This document shows, piece by piece, positions 49,067 to 62,439 of a stretch of DNA of 64,000 nucleotides (positions are counted from its first letter, which is position 1; each line of letters opens with the position of its first letter). The notes beneath the pieces are model-generated. The model was given only the letters and a program-made list of their open reading frames with translations. It was not told where the DNA came from and searched no databases. A program made the position numbers and the translations under genes. This DNA is from Basidiobolus meristosporus CBS 931.73 (taxonomy: Eukaryota; Fungi; Basidiobolomycota): assembly GCA_002104905.1 (NCBI GenBank), contig MCFE01000343.1:26818-90817 (forward strand), written 5' to 3'.

Positions 49067-52050
49067 GCCCAATTTACTAAGTGTTGATATCCAGGACCTG
49101 TGTGTAGTGATGCATGCTGAGGCCCAGGACCTGGGTCCATCGGTTGAAAGTTGACATGTAGAACCTGGGTCCAGATGCCAAAAGTTGAAACTTTAGATAT
49201 TACTCAATGAAATGAGAGTAGGCATCCAGGACCTTGGTCCAGATGGTGAAGGCAAAATCTACAATCTGGCTCAAAGGGCTGACTGTTGAGATGCAGGACT
49301 TGGACTCAAGACACCAAGAATTGGTATGTTGGATATTGCGCACTTGAATGAGATCTGATATACAAGACCTGGTCAAGCTACTGCAAGCTAAGATTCAAGA
49401 CCTGGGCTCTAGTTGATGAAAGGTGAGATATTGGACCTGAATCCAGTTGACAAAAGTTGAAACTTTGAATATTGCTAATTGAAATGCTGCTGTGAAGTGA
49501 AACCTTGATATTGCTCCATCAAACAAGGATATATATATAGAACCAGGGTCAAGGTGCTGAGAGTTGGTATTTAGCAACTGGTTACAGGTGATGATAGCTA
49601 AGATTGGAATCTAGGTCCAGGTGATGAAACAGAAGATGTAGGACCTGGTTCAAGGTGCCAAACATTATAATATTAGATTATGGTCAATTTAATCAGACAT
49701 GATACCCAGGACCAGGGCATGACAATATATGCTAAGACCTAATACCTGGGTCCATATGGTGAAAGTACAAGTCAAAGAACTGCATAATGGTGCTCAAAGT
49801 TGTAATTTTGGATACTCCGCAAGGAATTGGGAGGTGTCATTAGGACCTTGGTCCAGGTGATGAGAGCATTGATATAGGACCTGGGTCCAGGTGCTGATGG
49901 CAGAAATCCGGAAGGTGGGCTAATGTGATGAAAGATGAGATGTGGGTTATTGCTTGGTTTGATGCATAGGACCTGACCATGGTAATGCATTCTACAGTAC
50001 AGGACCTGGGTACAGGAGATGAATGGTGTGATCTAGGATCTGGATCCAGGTGCTAAAGCTGAAACTTCTGATATTATCCAATAAAATGAGTGTTATCATT
50101 TAGGACCTGAGTCAAGGTGCTGAGAGTTGATATATAGGTCCTGGGGTCAGGAGATTAGTGCAAAGATCTAGAGCTTGGGTCTAGGTGCAGTTGAGATGTA
50201 GGATCTGTGCTCTAGGAACTGAAAGTTGTAGTGCTGACTATTACTCAATTTAAGGAGAGTCAATATTCACAACCTGGGTAAAATAATATAAACTATGATG
50301 TAGATTCTGAAACTAGAAGATGTAAGCTGTGATCCAATATCTTGGTCAAGGTGCTAAAAGTTGTAATCTTGTGTACTGCTACACCAATTGATAGTTGACA
50401 GTGAAGTCCTGGGCATGGTAATTCAAGACAAGATTAACCTTGCTACAGGGAGTATATTTTAAGGTCTACAACCTTTATTAAGATGCTGTAAGTTTCAATC
50501 TTGGTTGTTGCTCAAGGTAGCAAAAATAAAAGTCCAATACCTAGGCAATTTGATCTAGCTTGAGATATAAGTCCTTGCTTAATGCGCTTAATGCTGAAAT
50601 ATTATATATTTCTTAATATCTAGAGATCAGAGAACCCAGTCCCAAGCAAGGTAATATAATGACCTGAGTCTAGGTGCTGAAAATTGTAGTGTTAGATAAT
50701 ATTCAATTCAAAGAGAGTTTATATCTAGAACTTTGGTACAACAATTTAAGTGAGGATCTAGAACCCACCTCCAGGTGTAGATGGCTGTAATCTTTGATTT
50801 TGTTAAAAATAATCACAGTTGACATCTATGGCCTAGGTCTTGGTGATTTAGGTGGTGATCTAAGACCTAGGTCAAGGTACTGAAATTTGATATCCAGGTC
50901 CTAGGAGCAGGTAAAGAGAGCTACAATCTGGAACCAGTACCCCAATGATAAAAGTCAAGATGCTGAACCTAGCCCAAGATGTTGAAAGTTGTAAACTTGG
51001 ATATTACTCAATGTTTTGAGAGTTGGTATTGTGGACATGGATAGAGATGCTGAGAGTAGATATCTTGGATATTGGTATAGGTGAGGATAACAAAGATCTA
51101 AGATATGGGTCCAGCCAATGAATGCTGAGATGTAGGACCTGGGCTCAAGGTGTTTAAAGTTGTGATTATAGGTATGTAATATAAATAGAAGTCCAGGACC
51201 TGAACAAAGTGTCAAATGCTAAGACCTGGGAATTGGATTCAGACGCTAAAAGTGATATTCTTGATTATTCCTCAATTTTATTGGAACTAATATCCACAAC
51301 CTAGACAAAGTATTGTAAGCTCAAACTCTGGGCCTTGATCTGGTGGATGGAAGTTGAGCTGTAAGGCCTTATTCAAAGTGCTGAAAGTTGTATTATTGAA
51401 TATTGCATAATTTGACTCAAGTTGATTGCCAGAGGTATGGTCCAGGTGATAACTATTGAGATACAAGACCTGAACTGAAGGTGCTCAAAGTTGTTGTGTT
51501 TGATAGAGCTAAATTTGAAGAGAGATGATACCCAAGACCTGGGTATGGAGATGTAAATTGGGTTCCAGGATTTGGGGCCATGTGCTGGTTGTTGTAATCC
51601 TGTATATTACTCAATGTAATGAGAGATCTTATTCAGAACCTGTGAACAGACAATTTAGGATGAGATCCAGGACCTTGGTGCAAGAGTTGAAAGTTAAAGT
51701 CCCAAACCTCAGTCCAGGTGATTCAAGTTGTAACCTAGGACTTGAGTACAAGTGATAATAGCTGCATACCTGAGCCCATGCCCAGATGATGAAGGCTGAG
51801 AATTATGACCTTACTGAATGTGCAAAAAGTAGTAATATTAGACATTGCTCCATATCATAAGAGCTGATATACAGGACATGGAACCAGGTAGCATCAGTTG
51901 GAATGTAACATTAAGGTAAAGGTGCTGAAAGTTAGAATCTTTGAAAATGCCCACAGTCATATGAGCTAATATCCACAGCCTAAGTGTAGGTGATTTAGGT
52001 ATTGATCTTGGGCCTTGGTGTTGTGCATCAACATTCAAACCATAGTTAAG
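49067..52050 (-). repeat. Degenerate satellite tract, mirror of 7980-10954
   Basis: Part of the right inverted arm. Confidence 0.85.
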
Positions 52051-55000
52051 TTTGCTAATTCAGGAAATCAAGTGCCCTAACTGATTTGTCCTAACCCAAA
52101 AATAACCAATGTCACCCGGTTTTACTTTTATCCCATCTAAGAATCAGTTTTTAGCTATTGCACCTAACCTATTTTTGTTTGATTATCACATCATCAATTG
52201 ATCTGCCAAGCCTACCCAGGTGAATACTCATATAAGACTTATCCAATACCTTGTCACTTGCCTAGACACCATCTGATGGATAATGCATTTTTAACTTATC
52301 TTATCTACCATTCAGCACCTAAAAAATTTCCATTAGAAATCCAGCATATTGGTGCTTACTAATTCACATTGATCAGAAAAGTATAAATAAAACTTGAATA
52401 ACCTTCAGGCATAGTGTATTTCCCAGAAAAATGAGGATTGTTACTCAATAACATTGAGAGTTCAACAATTCCTTTCTAGCTTCTTTGCAAGCCTAGTACA
52501 TCTACCACTCTAAGAGCACCAAGCCTAGGCTGCATAGCAAATCTACTGCATTGTCTTTATAGCTAAGCCAGCAATATTTAATACAAGTATTTGACCAGAA
52601 CCTTACTTTCACTACTTTAGCCACTTCCTGACACTTCTAGAATAAATTCTTACTTGTCTCTATGATCTAGTAAAACCATTGAAAAGTTTTTATCACATTT
52701 CTCTCTTGCATATAACACTTGGTCAGGTGCAGAATGTAGAAATCTTGGACATTACTTAATAGACTTATTCTGTTGGATAGTGCCACATTGAGCCACAAGT
52801 GCCAAATAATGCCATAGTGCGCCAGGGAGGCCTAGGGCAAATGTTCAACAACTTTCTTTAGGACCTTTGTAATATATCACAATACAGGATGAATTCACAT
52901 GTTATGGTTATCCAATTTTTCTGTTAACCTTGACCAGCAGATGAAAAACTAGAATTGGGACTTTGCAAGCAAGTAAGAGTGATACCAGAATACATGTAAT
53001 GGTTGCCTATTAACCTGGAAATTAACATACAATAGAGTATAAGAACAAGCATTTTAGGCAATGGCATCAAATCTGTGCTCATGATCAGAGTCTACAAATA
53101 GCAAGTAAATTCAGAACTGGTGTCAGAAGTAATCAAACATCAAGCTCATGACAATAACTACTGATTTAAGTACAGATGAAGCAACTTTCAAAGGTAGTTA
53201 AATGCCACATTGGGATCTATAGCTAAGATCATTGGATTCTAGATTCAGGTCCTAGGCCAGGTTAATACAGAGATCTTAGACACCTGTTTGGTTTGCTACA
53301 TATAAGCCATACCTCTCAATACTATTGTGAACTTCCAGCATTTCCACATGCTATTGGTTCACTCTCATCTGATGAGTGTATCAGAACAGCTATTATTGTA
53401 ATTTCAAGTGACTGGCATTACTTTGGCATATTTACTTAACAAATAAACACATCAGATTGTCCAGTCTAGATGTCAGTAGCAGGCATCTATGACACAAAAA
53501 AACTCTTCATATTGCTAGTTGCACTGCATTAAACAATTGTACACTTTTGATTTTGTGGAACTTGCTACATAGATATCATCAATACTCTCAATATTGAAAC
53601 ACTGGATTGTTTTGTGTCATTCAAAAGTTTAATTTTTATAGCAGTTTTACACAGGATTGGTGTATGTAGGGCCTACATTTGGTTTACTTTGCCCCTTTCC
53701 ATCATTTAGGATCATATGATTATTTCTGTTGTAGAAATCAAGTGTGCGCTTTAAAATCACTAGCATAAAAATTCCACTATACACTCTTGAATAAATGGTG
53801 GGGCACTTGGCATAGTTTTACGCTATATTTCTTCTGCAGAGGTGCGTATACTTGGCTGCCATTCTTATGAGCAATAACTTGATCTATATTCACTTTTGCT
53901 TGTGCATTCTTGCATATCCAGATACCTCTTTGACTTCCATGGCAAATGTAGGAAGTTTTTTGCAAGCCAGGATGGATTAGGTATGAATCTTTCTTCAGGA
54001 TGGTGAACACATCTTTGGGTGGCTAACCAATTGTTGAAGCATCTTTCCAATTCATTATGAGCATCTAATGAGGATAATATGTGCAACATAAATGACATAC
54101 ATATCTATGTGTAAACCTGCTCTCTCTTTGGTTGCTATGATTCCTCCTGAATTTTTAACTAATTGTCTTGTACACTTACAATATCAAAAATCCATATAAA
54201 CACTCATTGTGGCAGTAATAGTATTTAGACCATTTAAGCACAATAATTTGCTTTCATCTGAAACTAACCATATTTCTGAGTGTTTTCATGAGTCACATGG
54301 ACTAAAGCCAAAACTTAAACAGCTAGTGATAGAGTGTTGGTGGATCAAAGTTTGCATTTGAGGCAATTTCCAATGATAAAACCTATCTGGTCCATATTGA
54401 TTTATTATATATCAGCTTACTTAGTAAAAGCAAATTCAGGCCCTATTCAACAGACTTGCTACTTGGAGTAACTAACAGCACTTGGTCAGTCTTGTAAAAA
54501 TTGTAGCTCCTTTTGGTACAGTCTACCACTTATTTTATCAAATTAGATCTAGCATTAGTCAAGATATTTAGCAATAAATATTAACCTAACAATATATCAG
54601 TATTATCTGTCAGATCAGTATCATGTCTTACCAGAAGAAACCGCAATTCCTTTACATCATCTAATCAAAATACTATATCTCAACTGATGTCACTTTGACA
54701 TTGGTCATGATATTCAGCTTTTGTCACCTTAAACCAAGACCCGGATGTTTGCTATTTTAATCCTTACCCAGGTCCTAGATATGTGCTTTAATAACCTTAA
54801 CCAAGGTCCTAGTACCGCCTATTATTGTCTTGACATAGGTATTGAATCTTGACAATCACTTTACTTTATCCTTTTGTTCAATATTCTGTACCTTCAACCA
54901 AATTGTTGAACTCAACTTTTATCACATGACCCAGGTCCTAGATCTCATTTTCCATCACCTTAGCCCAGCTCCTAGATCTCAACTTCCATCACCTTGGCCC

Positions 55001-58000
55001 AGGTCCTCAATCTCAACTTTCATCACCATGACCCGGGTCCTAGATCTCAACTTTCATCACCTTGGCCCAGGACCTAAACTTCAACATTCATCACCTTGGC
55101 CCAGGTCCTAGATCTCAACATTCATCACCATGACCCAGGTCCTAGATCTCATTTTCCATCACCTTAGCCCAGGTCCTAGATCTCAACTTCCATCACCTTG
55201 GCCCAGGTCCTCAATATCAACTTTCATCACCATGACCCGGGTCCTAGAACTTGACTTCCATCACCTTAGCCCAGGACCTAAAATTCAACATTCATCACCT
55301 TAGCCCAGGTCCTAGATCACAACTTTCATCACCTGGTCCCAGGCCCTAGATCTCATTTTCCATCACCTTAGCCCAGGTCCTCAATCTCAACTTTCATCAC
55401 CTTAGCCTGGGTCCTAGATCTCAACTTCCATCACCTTGGCCAAGGTCCTGGATCTCAACATTCATCACCTTAACCCAGGTCCTAGATATCAACATTCATC
55501 ACCATGACCCAGGTCCTAGATCTCATTTTCCATGACCTTAGCCCAGGTCCTAGATCTCAACTTCCATCACCTTGGCCCAGGTCCTCAATCTCAACTTTCA
55601 TCACCATGACCCGGGTCCTAGATCTCAACTTTCATCACCTTGGCCCAGGACCTAAACTTCAACATTCATCACCTTGGCCCAGGTCCTAGATCTCATTTTC
55701 CATCACCTTAGCCAAGGTCCTAGATCTCAACTTCCATCTCCTTGGCCCAGGTCCTCAATATCAACTTTCATCACCATGACCCAGGTCCTAGATCTTGACT
55801 TCCATTACCTTAGCCCAGGACCTAAAATTCAACATTCATCACCTTAGCCCAGGTCCTAGATCACAACTTTCATCACCTGGGCCCAGGTCCTAGATCTCAT
55901 TTTCCATCACCTTAGTCCAGGTCCTAAATCTCAACTTTGATCACCTTGACCCAGGTCCTAGATCTCAACATTTATCACCATGACCTGGGTCCTGGATCTC
56001 AACTTTTATAACCTTGACCCAGGTCCTGGATCTCAACTTTCATCACCTTGGCCCAGGTCCTAGATCTCAACTTCTGTCACCTTGGCCAAGGTCCTGGATC
56101 TCAACGTTCATCACCTTAGCCCAGGTCCTAGATCTCAACATTCATCACCTTGGCCCAGGTCCTAGATCTCATTTTCCATCACCTTAGCCCAGGTTCTCAA
56201 TCTAAACTTTCATCACCTTAGCACAGGACCTAAACTTCAACATTCATCACCTTGGCCCAGGTCCTGGATCTCAACATTCATCACCATGACCCAGGTCCTA
56301 GATCTCACTTTCCATGACCTTAGCCCAGGTCCTAGATCTCAACTTCTATCACCTTGGCCCAGGTCCTCAATCTCAACTTTCATCACCATGACCCAGGTCC
56401 TAGATCTCAACTTTCATCACCTTGGCCCAGGTCCTGGATCTCATTTTCCATCACCTTAGCCCAGGTTGTAGATCTGACCCAGGTCCTAGATCCCTTTACC
56501 ATCACCTTAGCCCAGGTTGCAGATCTCAACTTCTATCACCTTGGCCCAGGTCCTCAGCCTCAACTTTCATCACCATGACTCAGGTCCTAGATCTCAACTT
56601 TCATCACCATGACCCAGGTCCTAGATCTCAACTTTCATCACCTTGGCCCAAGTCCTAGATCTCATTTTCCATCACCTTAGCCCAGGTCCTCAATCTCAGC
56701 TTTCATCACCTTGGCCCAGGTCCTAGATCTCAATTTTCATCACCTTGGCCCAGGTCCTAGATCTCATTTTCCATCAAGTTAGCCAGGTCCTAGATCTCAA
56801 TTTTCATCACTCTTACCCAGGTTATAGATCTCAACCTTCATCACTATTATCCAGGTCCTAGATCTCAATTTCCAACTTTCATCACCTTGATCCAGTTCCT
56901 GGATCTCATTTTCCATCACCGTAGCCCAGGTCCTCAATCTCAACTTTCATCACCTTGGCCCAGGTTATAGATCTCAACTTTCATCACCATGACCCAGGTC
57001 CTAGATCTCAACTTTCATCATCTTAACCCAGGTCCTAGATCTGAACTATCATCACTATTACCCATGTCCTAGATCTCAGCTTTTATCATCTTAGCTCAGG
57101 TCCTAGATCTCATTTTCCATCATGTTAGCCAGGTCCTAAACTTCAACAGTCATCACCTTAGCTCAGGTCCTAGATCTCTACTTTCATCACCTTAGTCCAG
57201 GTCCTAGATCTCAACTTCCATCACCTTGGCCCAGGTCCTCAATCTCAACTTTCATCACCATGACCCGGGTCCTAGATCTCAACTTTAATCACCTTGGCCC
57301 AGGACCTAAACTTCAACATTCATCACCTTGGTCCAGATCCTAGATCTCAACATTCATCACCATGACCCAGGTCCTAGATCTCATTTTCCATCACCTTAGC
57401 CAAGGTCCTAGATCTCAACTTCCATCACCTTGGCCCAGGTCCTCAATATCAACTTTCATCACAATGACCCGGGTCCTAGAACTTGACTTCCATCACCTTA
57501 GCCCAGGACCTAAAATTCAACATTCATCACCTTAGCCCAGGTCCTAGATCACAACTTTCATCACCTGGGCCCAGGTCCTAGATCTCATTTTCCATCACCT
57601 TAGTCCAGGTCCTAGATCTCAACTTTGATCACCTTGACCCAGGTCCTAGATCTCAACATTCATCACCGTGACCTGGGTCCTGGATCTCAACTTTCATCAC
57701 CATGACCCAGGTCCTAGATCTCAACTTTCATCACCTTGGCCCAGGTCCTAGATCTCAACTTTCATCACCTTGGCCCAGGTCCTAGATCTCATTTTCCATC
57801 ACCTTAGCCCAGGTCCTCAATCTCAACTTTCATCACCTTAGCCCAGGTCCTAGATCTCAACTTTCATCACCTTGGCCCAGGTCCTAGATCTCATTTTCCA
57901 TCAAGTTAGCTAGGTCCTAGATCTCAATTTTCATCACTCTTACCTAGGTTATAGATCTCAACCTTCATCACTATTATCCAGGTCCTAGATCTCAATTTTC

Positions 58001-60030
58001 AACTTTCATCACCTTGCTCCAGGTCCTGGATCTCATTTTCCATCACCTTAGCCCAGGTCCTCAATCTCAACTTTCATCACCTTGGCCCAGGTTATAGATC
58101 TCAACTTTCATCACCATGACCCAGGTCCTAGATCTCAACTTTCATCACCTTAGCCCAGGTCCTAGATCTGACCTTTCATCACTATTACCCATGTCCTAGA
58201 TCGCAGCTTTTATCACCTTAGCTCAGGTCCTAGATCTCATTTTCCGTCACGTTAGACAGGTCCTAAACTTCAACATTCATCACCTTAGCCCAGGTCCTAG
58301 ATCTCAACATTCATCAACTTAGCCCAGGTCCTCAATCTCAACTTTTGTCACCTTGGCCCAGGACCTAAACTTCAACATTCATCACGTTGGCCCAGGTCCT
58401 AGATCTCAACTTTGATTACCTTGGTCCAGGCCCTCAATCTCAACTTTCATCACTTTAGCCCAGGACCTAAACTTCAACATTCATCACCATAACCCAGGTC
58501 CTAGATCTCAACTTTGATTACCTTGGTCCAGGCCCTAGATCTTAACTTTCATCACCTTGGCCCAGGTCCTGGATCTCATATTCCATCACCTTGGCCCAGG
58601 TCCTCAATCTCAACTTTCATCACCTTAGCCCAGGTCCTAGATCTCAACTTTCATCACCTTGGCCCAGGTCCTAGATCTCATTTTCCATCACGTTAGCCGG
58701 GTCCTAGCTCTCAATTGTCAACTTTCATCACCTTGGCCCAGGTCCTGGATCTCATTTTCCATCACCTTAGCCCAGGTCCTCAATCTTCAACTTTCATCAC
58801 CTTAGCTCAGGACCTAAACTTCAACATTCATCACCATGACCCAGGTCCTAGATCTCAACTTTGATTACCTTGGTCCAGGTCCTTTGATCTCAACTTCATC
58901 ACCTTGGCCCAGGTCCTGGATCTCATTTTCGATCACCTTAGCCCAGGTCCTCAATCTCAACATTCATCACCTTAGCCCAGGTCCTAGATCTCAACTTTCA
59001 TCACCTTGGCCCAGGTCCTAGATCTCATTTTCCTTCACCTCAGCCAGGTCCTAGATCTCAATTTTCATCACTCTTACCCAGGTTATAGATCTCGGCCTTC
59101 ATCACTATTATTCAGGTCCTAGATCTCAATTTTCATCACTCTTACCCAGGTCGTAGATCTCAGCTTTCACAACCATTACCCATGTCCTAGATCTCTACTT
59201 TCATCACCTTAGCTCAGGTCCTAAATCTCAACTTTCATCACTATTACCCAGGTCCTAGATCTCAACATTCATTATTATTACCCAGGTCCTATATCTCAAC
59301 TTTCATCACCTTAACCCAGGTAATAGATCTCAACTTTCATCACAATCACCTAGGTTGTAGATCTCAATTTTCTTCATTCTTACCCAGGTCTTAGATTTCA
59401 ACTTTCATAACCATTACCCAGGTCCTAGATCTCAACTTTCATCACTATTACCCAGTTCTAAGATCTCAACTTTCATCACCATTACCCAGGTCCTAGATCT
59501 CAACTCTCATTACTATTACCCAGGTCCTAGATCCCAACTTTAATACTCATGTGCCAGGCCTTAGATCTCTACTAGCATCACGATAACCCAAGACCTAGAT
59601 CTATACCACCATGACCCAGGTCCTAGATCTCATCTTTCATCACTATCATCCAGGTCCTAGATCTCAACTTTCATCACCTTAACCTGGTACTTGATATCAA
59701 CCATCATCACCATATATGCAAGCCCTAGGCATTGACTTTCATCACCATAACTTAGGTCATAGATTTCAGCATTAATCACCATAATCTAGGTCCTATATCT
59801 CAGCTTTCATAACCTTAACCTGATCCTAGATCTCCACTGTCATTACTGTATACAAAAGCCCTAGGCATCAGCTCTCATCACCATAACTTTAGTCATAGAT
59901 CTCAACATTAATCACCATAATCCAGGTCCTAGATCTCAACATTCATAACCTTGATTCAGGCCCTAGAACTCAACTTTCATCACCCTTATGCAGGCCCCAC
60001 ATCTCTACTTACTTCACCTTAACAACATCA
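49067..60030 (-). repeat. Right arm of giant inverted repeat
   Basis: Starts GCCCAATTTACTAAGTGTTG at 49067, the reverse complement of 10935-10954. The coordinate sum of paired bases drifts only from 60031 to 60021 over 11 kb, through small indels. Confidence 0.95.
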
Positions 60031-60560
60031 TAGATCTAATTTTCTTCATCTTGACTGCAGTCCTAGATCTCTACTTTCTTCACCTTCACTTCAGTTCTTG
60101 ATCTCTACTTTCTTCACCTTGACCACCATCCTGAATCTCAGATTTCATCACCTTGATCCAGGTCCTAGACTTTGACTATCATCACCATCCCCTTAGCCCA
60201 GGTCCTAAATCTCAGCTTACATCACAATTCCCCAGGTCCTAATTCTCTACTTTCTTCACCTTTACCCACATCCTGGTTCTCAACTCCCATCACCATGATC
60301 CAGGTTCTATATCTCAGCTTTCATCATCATTGCCCAGGTCCTAGATCTCTGCTTTCTTCACATTGGCCCACATCCTGGATCTTATCTCTCAACACCTTGG
60401 CCCAGGTCCTAGATCTCAACTTTCACTGCCATTACCCAGGTGCTAGATCTCTGTTTTGCACCTTGACCCTGGTTCTATATCTTAACAACCAACACCTTGA
60501 CTCAAATCTTAGATGTCAGCTTTGTGATCCTGACCTAGGCTCTGGATGTGAGCTTTTATG
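54911..60560 (+). repeat. 34-bp satellite array, variant A, mirror copy (AACTTTCATCACCTTGGCCCAGGTCCTAGATCTC), degenerating after 60030
   Basis: Reverse complement of 1-5118. Degenerate monomers continue to ~60560. Confidence 0.93.
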
Positions 60561-60699
60561 CAAGAATTCAAGTATGCCAAAGCACCCAAGATCAAATACA
60601 TGCCAGTACTCTGGAGATTTCATGGAGCAAGTAGAAGATTTACCATTATATCAAATTAGTCTTTTGTAAGCTAGGATGTAAGTCAATAGTGAACCAAAG

Positions 60700-61290
60700 C
60701 TGGCTCTAGGCCATGCGTGTTGTAATTATCAAGTTCAAGACTAGATATTCATGCTTACTTATTTACATAGGTCTTAGGCTGTGATTATTGCTGAAATGGT
60801 GCTAGGCTTCTCACCATAGCTGCATGTTAGGATGCTTTCCCATGTATAGCTCATCAATTGTTATGATATTTCCTTCATAGTCATGTAATGCCAGGAGTCT
60901 TACATGGTGGTTTTTGTACCTGGCCAGAAAAAAGTCTCTTTGGCTTCTTTTGGGCCTTCTAATCCTGACTGGAACAGCATCCAAGATATTTCTAATACCA
61001 ATCTTGTCAGGAAATACTCCTCGGAATGGCAAAGTGCTGCTGGTCCAATACTTTGCTTACTAAGCCTGCTCCATGTCATTCATTCTGGAAGCTAAATAAT
61101 CCTCACCAGTTTGAATCTGAGTGTATAGATGCTTATATTTGGTAGTGCCATAAATGACTGGCTGGAATCAAGAATGTCCCACAAGTACTTTCCAGATGCT
61201 GTCAAGTATGAAAACTTCTGTTGTAACCTTTGAGATATTAATTTTGGCAGCAGAATGTTTATGCATAGGTTAGAACAATCCAATCATGTC
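60700..61290 (-). pseudogene. PIF/Harbinger-type (DDE_Tnp_4-like) transposase relic
   Basis: ORF 60811-61032 (ILDAVPVRIRRPKRSQRDFFLARYKNHHVRLLALHDYEGNIITIDELYMGKHPNMQLW) follows the IDG.HI.I..P....Y..RK..H....V.D..G.......GS.HD..W pattern. ORF 61092-61283 resembles the upstream YLATG region. Confidence 0.7.
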
Positions 61291-61649
61291 TTAACAAGTG
61301 CCAAAGGACTTTCCCACCACTTAAATCCTTACAATGGCACATAATGCAGATATGTGGGCATTAATACTACAGGTGGCTTTAAGCAAGGAAAACAAGACTA
61401 AAACCTTTTTGAGCCATATTATCACAATACTTGGGCATGGACAATGGTGCAGTCAGTTATATGCAAGAGGCTCTACCATAAAACAACTACTGTGAAAAGA
61501 AGCAATCTTCTTAAAGCAGCAATGAGTCTAAAAAGGCAAAAGAACAACCCCAACCCATTTTACTAGAAGCATATTCTGTTATAAACAGATTGCCTGTTTA
61601 TTTTGCCCATCATACCATGGATACTCCACATATAGTTTGAATAAAATAA

Positions 61650-62400
61650 TACTATTGGGTTTTCTCAATTTGCCTTTGTATATGCACATACCTGCTGCAA
61701 TTGGCATACTTCTGTTACCTCTAGTTGCCAGTAGTTCCACTTGATGCCTGCATAGTAGCCATATTCATTATATGGTAGGTAGTAGATGTACTTGGCTAAC
61801 TTATGCAATATGTTGGCCACCTTTGCCATTATCAGCTCTTTGATATCCACAAAGTACCAGTTGATTTTCAGCCATTTCTTTCCTTCTGCTTGCTGGACAT
61901 TAGTCCCCCACCTGTTTGTTATTCCTCTTTCCTTTTGGTGGATATCATACCAAGAGGTGTAGTGTTAACCTGTTGTACATGCTTTGGCAGACTTGTCTTT
62001 GTTGTCCTATTTCCATATTATCTCCATGTGTGCACCTGTGTTCATTTTCTTTCACTACTTCTTCAGCATACTCTACATGACAACTCATCACATCTATTAC
62101 AGATGTTGATGTTATATTCTTGATCAGGTTTGTATATGAAATTGCTTGCAATTTAGCCCTTCTTTCCATCTCCCCACACATCCACTCCATTGGAAACTTG
62201 CAGAATGTAAATCATGGCCCTATAGTCTTCACACTATTTGCCAGGCGTAACAGAGAGTGGATACTATAGTTACAAAAGTATTCATATTATGGCCTGTGCC
62301 TGTAAAAGACCTGGTTGTATCTTACTACAAAGTCCTCACATAGTAGCTGTAGATGCATCAAGGTGGCATTGGTGCACTGCTTTCCAAGGAATACTCTATT
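61650..62400 (-). pseudogene. Second CACTA/En-Spm-type transposase relic
   Basis: Manual translation FYRHRP*YEYFCNYSIHSLLRLANSVKTIGP*FTFCKFPMEWMCGEMERRAKLQAISYTNLIKNI matches the H.L.HL...GP...FPMER.CG motif. Homologous to 33500-33974. Confidence 0.75.
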
Positions 62401-62439
62401 AGAAGTCTGAGTAACAATCCTACCAAAGGGCCATTGCCA

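Noticed and set aside
53369-53376. CTGATGAG hammerhead ribozyme core (mirror at 6650-6657)
   Set aside because: No stem II closed by GAAA and no stem III follow it. It is just part of a small CTCATC-A-GATGAG palindrome.
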